From: a virus
Virus genome (UHGV): UHGV-1352914
Strand: one strand, 5' to 3'
Length of the DNA: 64,000 nucleotides
The position numbers and the translations under genes were made by a program. This document shows, piece after piece, positions 57,048 to 64,000 of this stretch; the stretch's first letter is position 1, and each line of letters begins with the position of its first letter. The notes beneath the pieces are model-generated. The model ran no database searches, was not told the DNA's origin, and was given only the letters and a program-made list of their open reading frames with translations.

Positions 57048-57653
57048 TCAACGGAGTACGAGCTTCACGGTTTCCAGATTCAAATCCTCCTGCCATTTGT
57101 TGCTAGTGAACTTCACCATGCAGGGAAGGAAGAAACGTTCTGCCAGCTTGCGAATCTTTATGGAATTGAGATTGTTCATGGCTTCCTTATTAGGTGTGAG
57201 GAATCGGAAGCGCATATAGGTGAGGCTACCGTCAACCATGAAGTCCACCGCCCCCGCTTCTTGTGCGATACGAAGACCTACTTCCTGCCAGTTCTGATTA
57301 ACCACCGCCGTAAAGTGCTTTGCCAGTTCTATGGCATCACCTACAGTCAGAGCCGCCATTTCCGCAAGGTGCCACACCGAACCGTTCCACTTCAACTTGT
57401 GGAGCCGGACAATGCACGCACCATTGTGTGTGCGTTCCAATTCGATTGCGTAGGGCCGCATGTACGGCTTAACATACACCGTTCCTTCTCCGTCCCACTC
57501 GGAGGGCTTATCTATCCTGTGGGATACTTCCCCCTCCCTAAAGGAAAAGATTGCAGGCTGAAGTTTGTTGATTCGGTTTGTGAGTTTGAGCCATTCCGTG
57601 CGGGAAAGTTCATCACGTTTCTTGCCAGTAATATCGATGTCAAATGCGGTCAT
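57048..57653 (-). CDS. hypothetical protein
   Basis: 201 aa; class-II upstream motif at 57654-57690. Confidence 0.4.
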   Translation of the reverse strand: MTAFDIDITGKKRDELSRTEWLKLTNRINKLQPAIFSFREGEVSHRIDKPSEWDGEGTVYVKPYMRPYAIELERTHNGACIVRLHKLKWNGSVWHLAEMAALTVGDAIELAKHFTAVVNQNWQEVGLRIAQEAGAVDFMVDGSLTYMRFRFLTPNKEAMNNLNSIKIRKLAERFFLPCMVKFTSNKWQEDLNLETVKLVLR

Positions 57654-57707
57654 AATTTTGTAGTGTTCTTTGAGTGTTCTAATGGGTAGGGTAGCTGGGG
57701 CCGGGGG

Positions 57708-58457
57708 TTAGGCCCTGTAGCTGGGGAGGGTGGAAACGGTTGTGTGGTTATAGTCGAAGCGAGGGTATTGTACACCAGTCAGGGCTTTAAGGTCTTGCTT
57801 CAATGTCTTCACTTGCTCTTCCACTTTAATGGCATGTGCAAAATAGCAACGCATATAATAGGAATCGCAAAGGCGGTAGTTAGAATCCTCAATTTCTTGA
57901 AGCTTGGTATGGAGGCGGGCCATATCCTTGAAGATTCCTTCAATGAATTTCTCCATGTCCCTCCCGGTGACAATCCGCTTCTGCCTTTGCGTCAGCTCAT
58001 TGACGTCAAAGTTAAAGGAAATATCTACGGCATCAAACATGCCTGGGAGGATATGATGAAACACCACTTGCGGCCATGAATAGTGACTTCTATCAAGGTA
58101 GGCACGGATTTTAATGTCCGCATCGACGCTTTGTACGATTGCGGCGGCCAGACAGTCATCCATCATCCGTTCTACTCGGACGTTATAGACCTTGCCTTCA
58201 AACCGGGGGAGGCGTTCGGCCACTAGTCTCAACATACGGAAGGTGATAAGGGTTGCCATGCCATGAGCGGCATTATCTCGGATTACCTGTTTCAGGTCAT
58301 GCCCCATATTTTTCACCGGGATGACGTAGTCATTCTGATTATTCTTCATGAGGTCGTCACGTGTTTTAGCTACGGCGGTATCGATAGCGGCATTTGCCCG
58401 TTCAATGAGGGCATCAATGGCGGCAACGTTGGTAGGGATTTCGATTTGATTGTTCAT
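57708..58457 (-). CDS. hypothetical early protein (MNNQI start)
   Basis: 249 aa; preceded by full promoter/hairpin/RBS repeat unit 58458-58581. Confidence 0.45.
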   Translation of the reverse strand: MNNQIEIPTNVAAIDALIERANAAIDTAVAKTRDDLMKNNQNDYVIPVKNMGHDLKQVIRDNAAHGMATLITFRMLRLVAERLPRFEGKVYNVRVERMMDDCLAAAIVQSVDADIKIRAYLDRSHYSWPQVVFHHILPGMFDAVDISFNFDVNELTQRQKRIVTGRDMEKFIEGIFKDMARLHTKLQEIEDSNYRLCDSYYMRCYFAHAIKVEEQVKTLKQDLKALTGVQYPRFDYNHTTVSTLPSYRA

Positions 58458-58581
58458 TGTTTTGTTTCTTTCTATTGTTTTATTGTTAATTGGTTAGGGT
58501 TCTGTGGGGATTCATCCCCGTTGATGATTTTAGGTTAGCAGATTTTATTACTTTGTCAAATAGTTTTTTAGGGTGGTGTAA
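58458..58581 (-). promoter_or_regulatory. early-arm repeat unit (stop box, TTGACA-N16-TAACCT, GC hairpin, conserved RBS)
   Basis: -35 = 58554-58559, -10 = 58532-58537, hairpin GGGGATTCATCCCC 58507-58520 (+ coords); RBS box CAATAGAAAGAAACAAAACA then ATG. Confidence 0.5.
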
Positions 58582-58947
58582 TTATTCTACGACATTGTCC
58601 AGATTAAAGGCCCGGCGGGCGGCTTTTCCCATGCGGTCTATCTCCCTGATTGCCACCAGTTCACCGTATTCACTTATGAGGGTATAAGCTACTGGCCGTA
58701 CCCCCTCATAAACTAAAAACAAATCAATAACCTCCGGGTCATAGGTGGCTCCCTTCCACATGTGCTTCTTGTCCATGTTCTCAATAGCGGGCATGACGTC
58801 TTCCGGAGATATTCCGAAAACGGCGGCTACCGGGTGGACATGTACCTGTGTTTCGGCGTAAAACACCAATGAGAGAATGCCGGAACCGCTTTCATATAAT
58901 GTCCATGTCAGGCTTTCGTTGTCTTTCAGTTCAATTTGATTGTTCAT
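58582..58947 (-). CDS. MNNQI-family small early protein, member A
   Basis: 121 aa; MNNQIELKDNESLTWTLYESGSGILSLVFYAET...ARRAFNLDNVVE; paralogous to 60558 and 62576 genes. Confidence 0.5.
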   Translation of the reverse strand: MNNQIELKDNESLTWTLYESGSGILSLVFYAETQVHVHPVAAVFGISPEDVMPAIENMDKKHMWKGATYDPEVIDLFLVYEGVRPVAYTLISEYGELVAIREIDRMGKAARRAFNLDNVVE

Positions 58948-59047
58948 TGTTTTATTTCTTTCTACTGATTTGTTGGTTGGTTTTACTTTAGCAGATTTTA
59001 TTACTTTGTCAAATAGTTTTTATTTGTATGACAAAGGCATATCTTAT
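58948..59047 (-). promoter_or_regulatory. early-arm repeat unit (hairpin-less variant)
   Basis: TGTCATACAAA box, TTGACA (+ 59007-59012 revcomp)-N16-TAAAGT, conserved RBS box. Confidence 0.45.
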
Positions 59048-59476
59048 TTACTTTGAGAAAAGGACAAGGAGGGGTATAGGAATATCCAAAAAGTTTCTAT
59101 CTGTGTAAAGGGTAAAAGAATCAGAATCCGTGCCGTAGTATTGTACGGCTCTTTCCCGGAATACTCTAATAGAGTTGCTTCTCACATACGGTTCGGCTTC
59201 TGGCTTGCAGGTGGGAACGGTGGTTGTGCAATCGGAAAGACGAGCACGGAACCTTTCTGTATTTTCAATCAAGTCCCTGACTTTGTATGCGTTAAACTCT
59301 ACATGTTTAATACTAACGGCATTCTGAATACTGACGTGTTCATGTATCTCATGCTCGTCCGGGTAGTAGTCATAGGTGCGCACAATGCGGCACTTTTCAC
59401 CCCGGTTATTAACGGCGTTTGATGAAACGTCTTGCGCTTCCGTAGTTCCCCATACTTCAATCTTATTTTCTTTCAT
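59048..59476 (-). CDS. hypothetical early protein
   Basis: 142 aa; preceded by repeat unit 59477-59566. Confidence 0.4.
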   Translation of the reverse strand: MKENKIEVWGTTEAQDVSSNAVNNRGEKCRIVRTYDYYPDEHEIHEHVSIQNAVSIKHVEFNAYKVRDLIENTERFRARLSDCTTTVPTCKPEAEPYVRSNSIRVFRERAVQYYGTDSDSFTLYTDRNFLDIPIPLLVLFSK

Positions 59477-59566
59477 AGTATTATTCTTTCTATTGTTTTG
59501 TTGGTTGGTTTTACTTTATCAGATTTTATTATCTTGTCAAATAGTTTTTATTTGTATGACAAAATC
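59477..59566 (-). promoter_or_regulatory. early-arm repeat unit (hairpin-less variant)
   Basis: TGTCATACAAA box; TTGACA at + 59535-59540 (revcomp). Confidence 0.45.
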
Positions 59567-59956
59567 CTATGGGACAATTTGCAGATAGGAGACGTATTGA
59601 GAATTAACCTGCTGAGTATCTCCCGCTTGGTGTACATTTTCCATGCCGAAAGGGAACCATGCTATTTTATCAGGGCAGGATAATCTTTCAAGGAGGGTGT
59701 GCGGGGGTTCATCCTTTGAGGAAATAAGCATAACGCCATAGGTTCCAATCCGATACAAGACAATGTCATCTTTCTGGCACTTGCTCCCCGGCTTGGCATA
59801 CCGGGACAGGAGAAGCAGACTACTAGCGCATTCTGACGGCTCCAGAATATAATCCTTTTGGTGCAGGGCGTTGAAGCTCCATATAGTGAGGCGCATCTTA
59901 CCACCCGTTACCATTTCCGTTTCTATTCTGATATGTAAATCTGATATTTCTTTCAT
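59567..59956 (-). CDS. hypothetical protein
   Basis: start moved to second Met (MKEISDLH) to avoid 80-nt overlap with upstream gene; no repeat unit upstream. Confidence 0.35.
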   Translation of the reverse strand: MKEISDLHIRIETEMVTGGKMRLTIWSFNALHQKDYILEPSECASSLLLLSRYAKPGSKCQKDDIVLYRIGTYGVMLISSKDEPPHTLLERLSCPDKIAWFPFGMENVHQAGDTQQVNSQYVSYLQIVP

Positions 59957-59972
59957 GGCCTGTAGCTTGTGT

Positions 59973-60503
59973 TTAGATTCTTCCAGTTGCCAAGGTTTGC
60001 CCGTGCATCGTTCGAATCCAGAAGTTAATGATATCACGGGGACGGGGGGATACATTGTGGCCGTTCATATCGGTGAAAGTATGTCCCGTTTCTACCAAGC
60101 CAATCAGGTTGCGGAGGGTACTGCGTAGGGTTTGATTCCCCTTCAGATACACCTTTACCCGGCCACCGTCTGTAAGCTTAAGTTCAAGATAGCAGTTAGT
60201 CATCCGGCAACCCGGATTTATCCATGACAGGACGGCCCCCATAAAGTGGGGCAGGACATAGTATTTTACGCAGGGACAGGGGGAACCGAAAGCCGGGGTG
60301 GCAGAATGAAGGGCAACCTGCTGGCCTTCAACGATGTGGGCAAGATAGTAGTCTTTTTCCCACTCTTTAATGTTTTCAATGACTTCCGGTGCAAGGCTTT
60401 CATCTTCACCGCACGCCAAGTAATTGAGGGCATAGGTGGGAATGTGATGAATAAGGGCATAGTCCGATACTTTAAGCACTTCTGGTTTGGTTGTAGTCTT
60501 CAT
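59973..60503 (-). CDS. hypothetical early protein
   Basis: 176 aa; partial repeat unit (stop box plus RBS) upstream at 60504-60557. Confidence 0.4.
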   Translation of the reverse strand: MKTTTKPEVLKVSDYALIHHIPTYALNYLACGEDESLAPEVIENIKEWEKDYYLAHIVEGQQVALHSATPAFGSPCPCVKYYVLPHFMGAVLSWINPGCRMTNCYLELKLTDGGRVKVYLKGNQTLRSTLRNLIGLVETGHTFTDMNGHNVSPRPRDIINFWIRTMHGQTLATGRI

Positions 60504-60557
60504 AATATGGTTGCTTTCTATTTGTTTATTGTTAGTTAGTTTGTTAGGGCGGTGTAA

Positions 60558-60887
60558 TTATTCAATAGGGAGCGGGAAAAATTGAGAATGAGAAGCTTTA
60601 GCTACTGGCTGGCAGAACCGTTGGTTTAAATACTGGTTAATTTCCTTTACGTCATAAATGCACCAGTCTCCTAACTCCTTCTCATTCACCGCCTGCCACA
60701 AGCGCACAATGTCAGAATCATCCAGTGCGGGCAGGGCGTCCCACGGGTATATGTTAAGCAGGGCGGCAATGGGGCGTGCATGCGAGGGTGATTTTGCGAA
60801 GAAGATAAGGGACAGAAGGCCGTCACCGTTTTCATAGAACGCCCATGCCGGGCTTTCATTGTCATTTAATTTGATATGCTTGCTCAT
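60558..60887 (-). CDS. MNNQI-family small early protein, member B
   Basis: start at Met of MSKHIKLNDNESPAWAFYENGDGLLSLIFFAKS directly after conserved RBS box. Confidence 0.5.
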   Translation of the reverse strand: MSKHIKLNDNESPAWAFYENGDGLLSLIFFAKSPSHARPIAALLNIYPWDALPALDDSDIVRLWQAVNEKELGDWCIYDVKEINQYLNQRFCQPVAKASHSQFFPLPIE

Positions 60888-61024
60888 TGTTTTATTTCTT
60901 TCTATTGTTTTATTGTTGCGGGGATTCATCCCCGCTGGTTAATGTTAGTTTATCGGATTTTATTATCTTGTCAATTAGTTTTTTAGGGTGGTGTAACTTT
61001 TCAAGGGAGAATTGTTGTAACTGC
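60888..61024 (-). promoter_or_regulatory. early-arm repeat unit with hairpin GCGGGGATTCATCCCCGC
   Basis: hairpin 60917-60934; TTGACA at + 60968-60973 (revcomp). Confidence 0.5.
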
Positions 61025-61327
61025 TTAATGGTTATACACAATCTGTACACCCGCCTCCTCAAGGGCAAGGCATAGGGGGTCGGAGATAAAGGCGCGGCTT
61101 ATCACCATTTCATCCGGGCGGTAGTCCGCAATGCCGATTGTCCGCATTTCCCCGGATTCCCGGTCCCTGACAAGTAGGCTTGCCTTGCTTCCGGTTGCCG
61201 CCGCAAGGGCCTCAATTAACTCTATCTCTTCATCATGGTGGGATGATAGTTGGAATAGATAGGGGCGTGTTTCCCGGATATGGGCGGCTAAAATATCGAT
61301 TGCACGATTCTTTTCGTCTTCATTCAT
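61025..61327 (-). CDS. hypothetical early protein
   Basis: 100-aa acidic ORF; short repeat unit upstream. Confidence 0.4.
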   Translation of the reverse strand: MNEDEKNRAIDILAAHIRETRPYLFQLSSHHDEEIELIEALAAATGSKASLLVRDRESGEMRTIGIADYRPDEMVISRAFISDPLCLALEEAGVQIVYNH

Positions 61328-61398
61328 GGTCTTATTTTCTTTCTATTGTTTTATTGTTGCTTTCGTAGAGCGGCGTAACTTTTCAGAAGGGCCGGGGG

Positions 61399-61827
61399 TT
61401 AATATATCTCTTCCAACTCTTCCCATTCCCCCGGCCGGGTGAAGAATGATTTAAGGTTTGCGTACTCATGGCATGCGCCCGTGTACTTGCAATATGAATC
61501 CATATTGTATTCCCCCGTATGTTCATCGTATGCGGGCAAGCCCATTTCATCACAGAAGTCACGATAGGAACCATAATCTGATTTACATAAACAGGCAAGC
61601 ACGTCATAAGCGGTAGGGGTCTTGTGCCTATCCGCATGGGACTGATAGAACACGATGAATATTTCCCGCCTTTCTCCCTTCCGGGGGTCTTTCCGGTGTA
61701 GGACAATTTCCCATGTACTATGTTGCTTGTCATCCCATAAGGGCGTGTACATGCCCTTATACTTTCCGGTGATTCTGATTCCACAATTTTTGAGGAACTT
61801 CTTGGCATGGTCATCGTAAATGCTCAT
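61399..61827 (-). CDS. hypothetical early protein, Cys/His/Tyr-rich
   Basis: 142 aa; stop codon embedded in 9-bp-stem inverted repeat. Confidence 0.4.
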   Translation of the reverse strand: MSIYDDHAKKFLKNCGIRITGKYKGMYTPLWDDKQHSTWEIVLHRKDPRKGERREIFIVFYQSHADRHKTPTAYDVLACLCKSDYGSYRDFCDEMGLPAYDEHTGEYNMDSYCKYTGACHEYANLKSFFTRPGEWEELEEIY

Positions 61828-61904
61828 AATCTTATGTCTTTCTATTGTTTAGTTTTGTTGGTTTTGGTTTTATAGGGTAGCGTGACTTTTCAGAAGGGCC
61901 GGGG

Positions 61905-62456
61905 TTAAACCCGGCTGACTAGCCGCAATACGAGGGCAAGGCCATCGTCATAGGTGCGCACCATGTGCCGCCCTGCCTCGTAGGTCTCGCATTCAGCGGG
62001 GGTTAAGTAGTAGCGGTGGATGAAAAAGGCGGGGGCGGGCCGTCCATATCTCTCATAATCCCATGAGGCAGGGGCTTGTGCGTCATCCCATTGCAACCAT
62101 GCCACCGGGACAAAGCCGTAGTGAGTGTATAGGGCTACGAGCTTGTCAGTGGATAGGGCAAAGAGCCACTTGCCCCCGTTGCCATGAATCGAACCGAAAA
62201 CGTCATCCAGCGGGACTACCGCACCCGGATTTTTGACTATGGTGGCAATTTCCCCGGTAGATAGGATTGCCCAGACCGCCGTTACACGCCCGCTGTTGCT
62301 ATCTCCCTCTACAAAGGCAAACAGGCCCGCGCCCTCGTAAAAGTCCGGGGAATGTACGTCTACCGCCCCCCGGATTCCGGCCGGGTGAAGGGATTTGAAG
62401 TGATTAGCGAGGCCGGTAAAGGTGGTTACGGGCAATTTGATGATTTGATTCTTCAT
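61905..62456 (-). CDS. hypothetical early protein
   Basis: 183 aa; stop overlapped by GCCGGG-GTTAAA-CCCGGC hairpin. Confidence 0.4.
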   Translation of the reverse strand: MKNQIIKLPVTTFTGLANHFKSLHPAGIRGAVDVHSPDFYEGAGLFAFVEGDSNSGRVTAVWAILSTGEIATIVKNPGAVVPLDDVFGSIHGNGGKWLFALSTDKLVALYTHYGFVPVAWLQWDDAQAPASWDYERYGRPAPAFFIHRYYLTPAECETYEAGRHMVRTYDDGLALVLRLVSRV

Positions 62457-62575
62457 ATTGTGTTCCTTTTTAGTGGGGGGTTATGCGGGGGTGATTCCCC
62501 CGCCGGATGATTTTAGTTTATCAGAATTGCTTACCTTGTCAAATGTTTTTTGTTTTTGTATGACACAATCATAAC
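62457..62575 (-). promoter_or_regulatory. early-arm repeat unit with hairpin GCGGGGGTGATTCCCCCGC
   Basis: hairpin 62485-62503; TTGACA at + 62537-62542 (revcomp); TGTGTCATACAAA box. Confidence 0.5.
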
Positions 62576-62935
62576 TTATTCATCCGCAATGTTGAAGGCG
62601 CGGCGGGCGGCGTATCCCATGCGTTCAGTCTCCATGATAGTCTCTACCACCCCCGTGCGAGATACCTGCGTATAAGCAACAGGGCGGACGGCCTCGTCCC
62701 TCAAAAAGCGGTGGATATCGGCAACGTCATAGTTAACCCCATCCCACATGTGCACCATGTCCAGGTCTGCGAGGGCGGGGGCAACGTCCCAGGAAAAAAT
62801 GTCAAAAATTGCCGCAACAGGGCGGGCGTGTGCGATTGTTTCCGCAAATAATACGAGGGACAGGACGCCCGCGCCGTTTTCGTAAACCGCCCATGTGAGA
62901 GTTTCATCATCCTTTAATTTGATTTGATTGTTCAT
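62576..62935 (-). CDS. MNNQI-family small early protein, member C
   Basis: start at MNNQIKLKDDETLTWAVYENGAGVLSLVLFAET; C-terminus GYAARRAFNIADE like member A. Confidence 0.5.
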   Translation of the reverse strand: MNNQIKLKDDETLTWAVYENGAGVLSLVLFAETIAHARPVAAIFDIFSWDVAPALADLDMVHMWDGVNYDVADIHRFLRDEAVRPVAYTQVSRTGVVETIMETERMGYAARRAFNIADE

Positions 62936-63067
62936 TGTTTTGTTTCCTTTCTTGTTGGTGGTTTGTTGTCCGGGGGTTGCCCCCGTTGATGCTTTCACTT
63001 TAACCTATTTTATCTTGTTGTCAAATGTTTTTTGTTTTTGTATGACACAATCGTAATTCCCTGACTC
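62936..63067 (-). promoter_or_regulatory. early-arm repeat unit with hairpin CCGGGGGTTGCCCCCG
   Basis: hairpin 62970-62985; TTGACA at + 63019-63024 (revcomp); TGTGTCATACAAA box. Confidence 0.5.
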
Positions 63068-63451
63068 TTAAAGGGTAAAGACCGCGCCGTATTCTTTTGT
63101 GCCGTTTCCAGACCCCCGGAAATAGTCATCAGCGGCAAATGGTAGAGAGTCAACGATAAAACGTAGCTCGTACTCAATGTCATCCGCTTTATCAGCGGGC
63201 AACCCCGCCCCATAAGTCACGGATAGTAAAATCTCGGCGGGGTCTGCGTCATCAGTACCAAGGGGGCCGCAAGTGAGGGCGTCAACGCTCTCTAAGTAGT
63301 TAACGTCTCCTAAGCGGCGGTCATAGACGATAGCGAGGCGGGCGCGGGTGATTGTGTCCCTCAGTTTAGCGGCGGCGGCTCTCACGAGTTTCATCTTATT
63401 TTCCCGGTCTCTTGGTGCGGGGGCGTCATTGTTAGCGATTTGATTGTTCAT
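63068..63451 (-). CDS. hypothetical early protein (MNNQI start)
   Basis: start at MNNQIANN after conserved RBS box; first gene of leftward block next to putative origin. Confidence 0.4.
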   Translation of the reverse strand: MNNQIANNDAPAPRDRENKMKLVRAAAAKLRDTITRARLAIVYDRRLGDVNYLESVDALTCGPLGTDDADPAEILLSVTYGAGLPADKADDIEYELRFIVDSLPFAADDYFRGSGNGTKEYGAVFTL

Positions 63452-63540
63452 GATTTTATTCTTTCTTTTAGTGTTCTCATTTCCGGGGGGTTGCCCCCGT
63501 TGATGATTGCAATTTAACACACCCGCCGGGGGCGTCAAGT
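63452..63540 (-). promoter_or_regulatory. early-arm leader unit with hairpin CCGGGGGGTTGCCCCCG
   Basis: hairpin 63483-63499 plus conserved RBS; no clear TTGACA (first cassette next to origin-like region). Confidence 0.35.
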
Positions 63541-63582
63541 GGTTTTCTTTCCGTTGCGTTGTAACTCGCTCATTATCTGCGT

Positions 63583-64000
63583 GTTATAATTGTGTCATAC
63601 AACTTCTCCGGTCTCCATTGCACCCCCGGATTCCCCGGTATCCGGTTCCCCGGTATCCGGTTCCCCGGTATCCGGTTCCCCGGTATCCGGTTCCCCGGTC
63701 TCTCTCTTATATATATATATAGTGTAGGAGACTTTTTGGCTTCTTTTGGTATCTTTTGGTTTTAGATTGTTCCATGTGGAACATTTTAGCAATTCTGATT
63801 CCCCGGTATCTGGATTCCGGGGGTTGTGGTGGATAGCAGGTGCAATGGATTCCGGGGTTGCCGGGGGTGCAATGGCTTCAACCGTTACCGGGGATTCCGG
63901 GGGTGCAAGATAGTTAAGGATTCTTAACTATTAAGGATTCTTAAACATTCCCCTTGTAAGTCTGGACTAACTTTTTAAGCCTAGCCTAACATTGTAAGTG
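63583..64000. other. putative replication origin / genome-terminus region
   Basis: non-coding; iterons, (TC)3(TA)6 at 63701-63721, three TTTTGG tracts at 10-bp phase 63733-63765, GGTGCAATGG x2, GATTCCGGGGG x3, TTAAGGATTCTTAA x2. Confidence 0.4.
63631..63700. repeat. iteron-like 15-bp direct repeat TTCCCCGGTATCCGG x4.5
   Basis: four perfect head-to-tail copies 63631-63690 plus partial. Confidence 0.8.

Noticed and set aside
56730-57689. 319-aa plus-strand ORF
   Set aside because: Lies antisense across two minus-strand genes whose starts are marked by conserved upstream motifs; composition looks like mirror-frame artefact
61383-61814. 143-aa minus-strand ORF in alternative frame
   Set aside because: Almost completely overlaps 61399..61827, which begins right after the conserved RBS box; alternative frame lacks it
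1-64000. Diversity-generating retroelement, retron or integrase-based mobile element
   Set aside because: No reverse-transcriptase, integrase or transposase-like ORF recognisable; repeats do not show TR/VR pairing
1-64000. tRNA or rRNA genes
   Set aside because: No region with conserved tRNA features (GTTCRANYC T-loop with matching acceptor stem) or rRNA-like blocks noticed by eye; a covariance-model scan would be needed to be sure

Overview
The window looks like most of a tailed dsDNA bacteriophage genome (free phage or prophage interior), about 50% GC. No rRNA, tRNA or CRISPR array was detected. Two convergent transcription blocks meet at a bidirectional terminator near 49.55 kb.

(1) A long rightward block (134-49461) carries small membrane proteins and a MazG-like protein. 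It continues with a replication/recombination module: family A DNA polymerase, SF2 helicase, Cas4/RecB-like nuclease and RuvC-like resolvase. Next is a packaging/head module (large terminase, portal, scaffold, major capsid with strong terminator) and tail-like structural genes. An accessory island follows at 22.4-33.9 kb, each part preceded by a sigma70-type promoter: Zn-ribbon proteins, a glycosyltransferase/cytidylyltransferase-like pair, a tandem array of seven overlapping ~80-aa paralogues, and a PG-binding lysin with a TM/coiled-coil protein. A second structural block ends in a 3221-aa giant protein.

(2) A leftward block (63451-49586) carries DUF3310-like, ThyX and NAD-dependent DNA ligase genes, then small unknown genes. 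It ends in an early-gene arm (57.7-63.5 kb) of ~10 short monocistronic cassettes. Each cassette carries a copy of a repeated module: stop-proximal box, TTGACA-N16-TAAnnT promoter, GC hairpin, conserved RBS and the first codons (MNNQI...).

The extreme right end (63.58-64.0 kb) is non-coding and repeat-dense (4.5 x 15-bp iterons, (TA)6, phased T-tracts, further short repeats), consistent with a replication origin or genome terminus. A short CCACGG/CCGTGG-centred tandem motif recurs in coding and non-coding DNA.

All functional calls come from motifs read by eye. No database search was possible, so family assignments are provisional.
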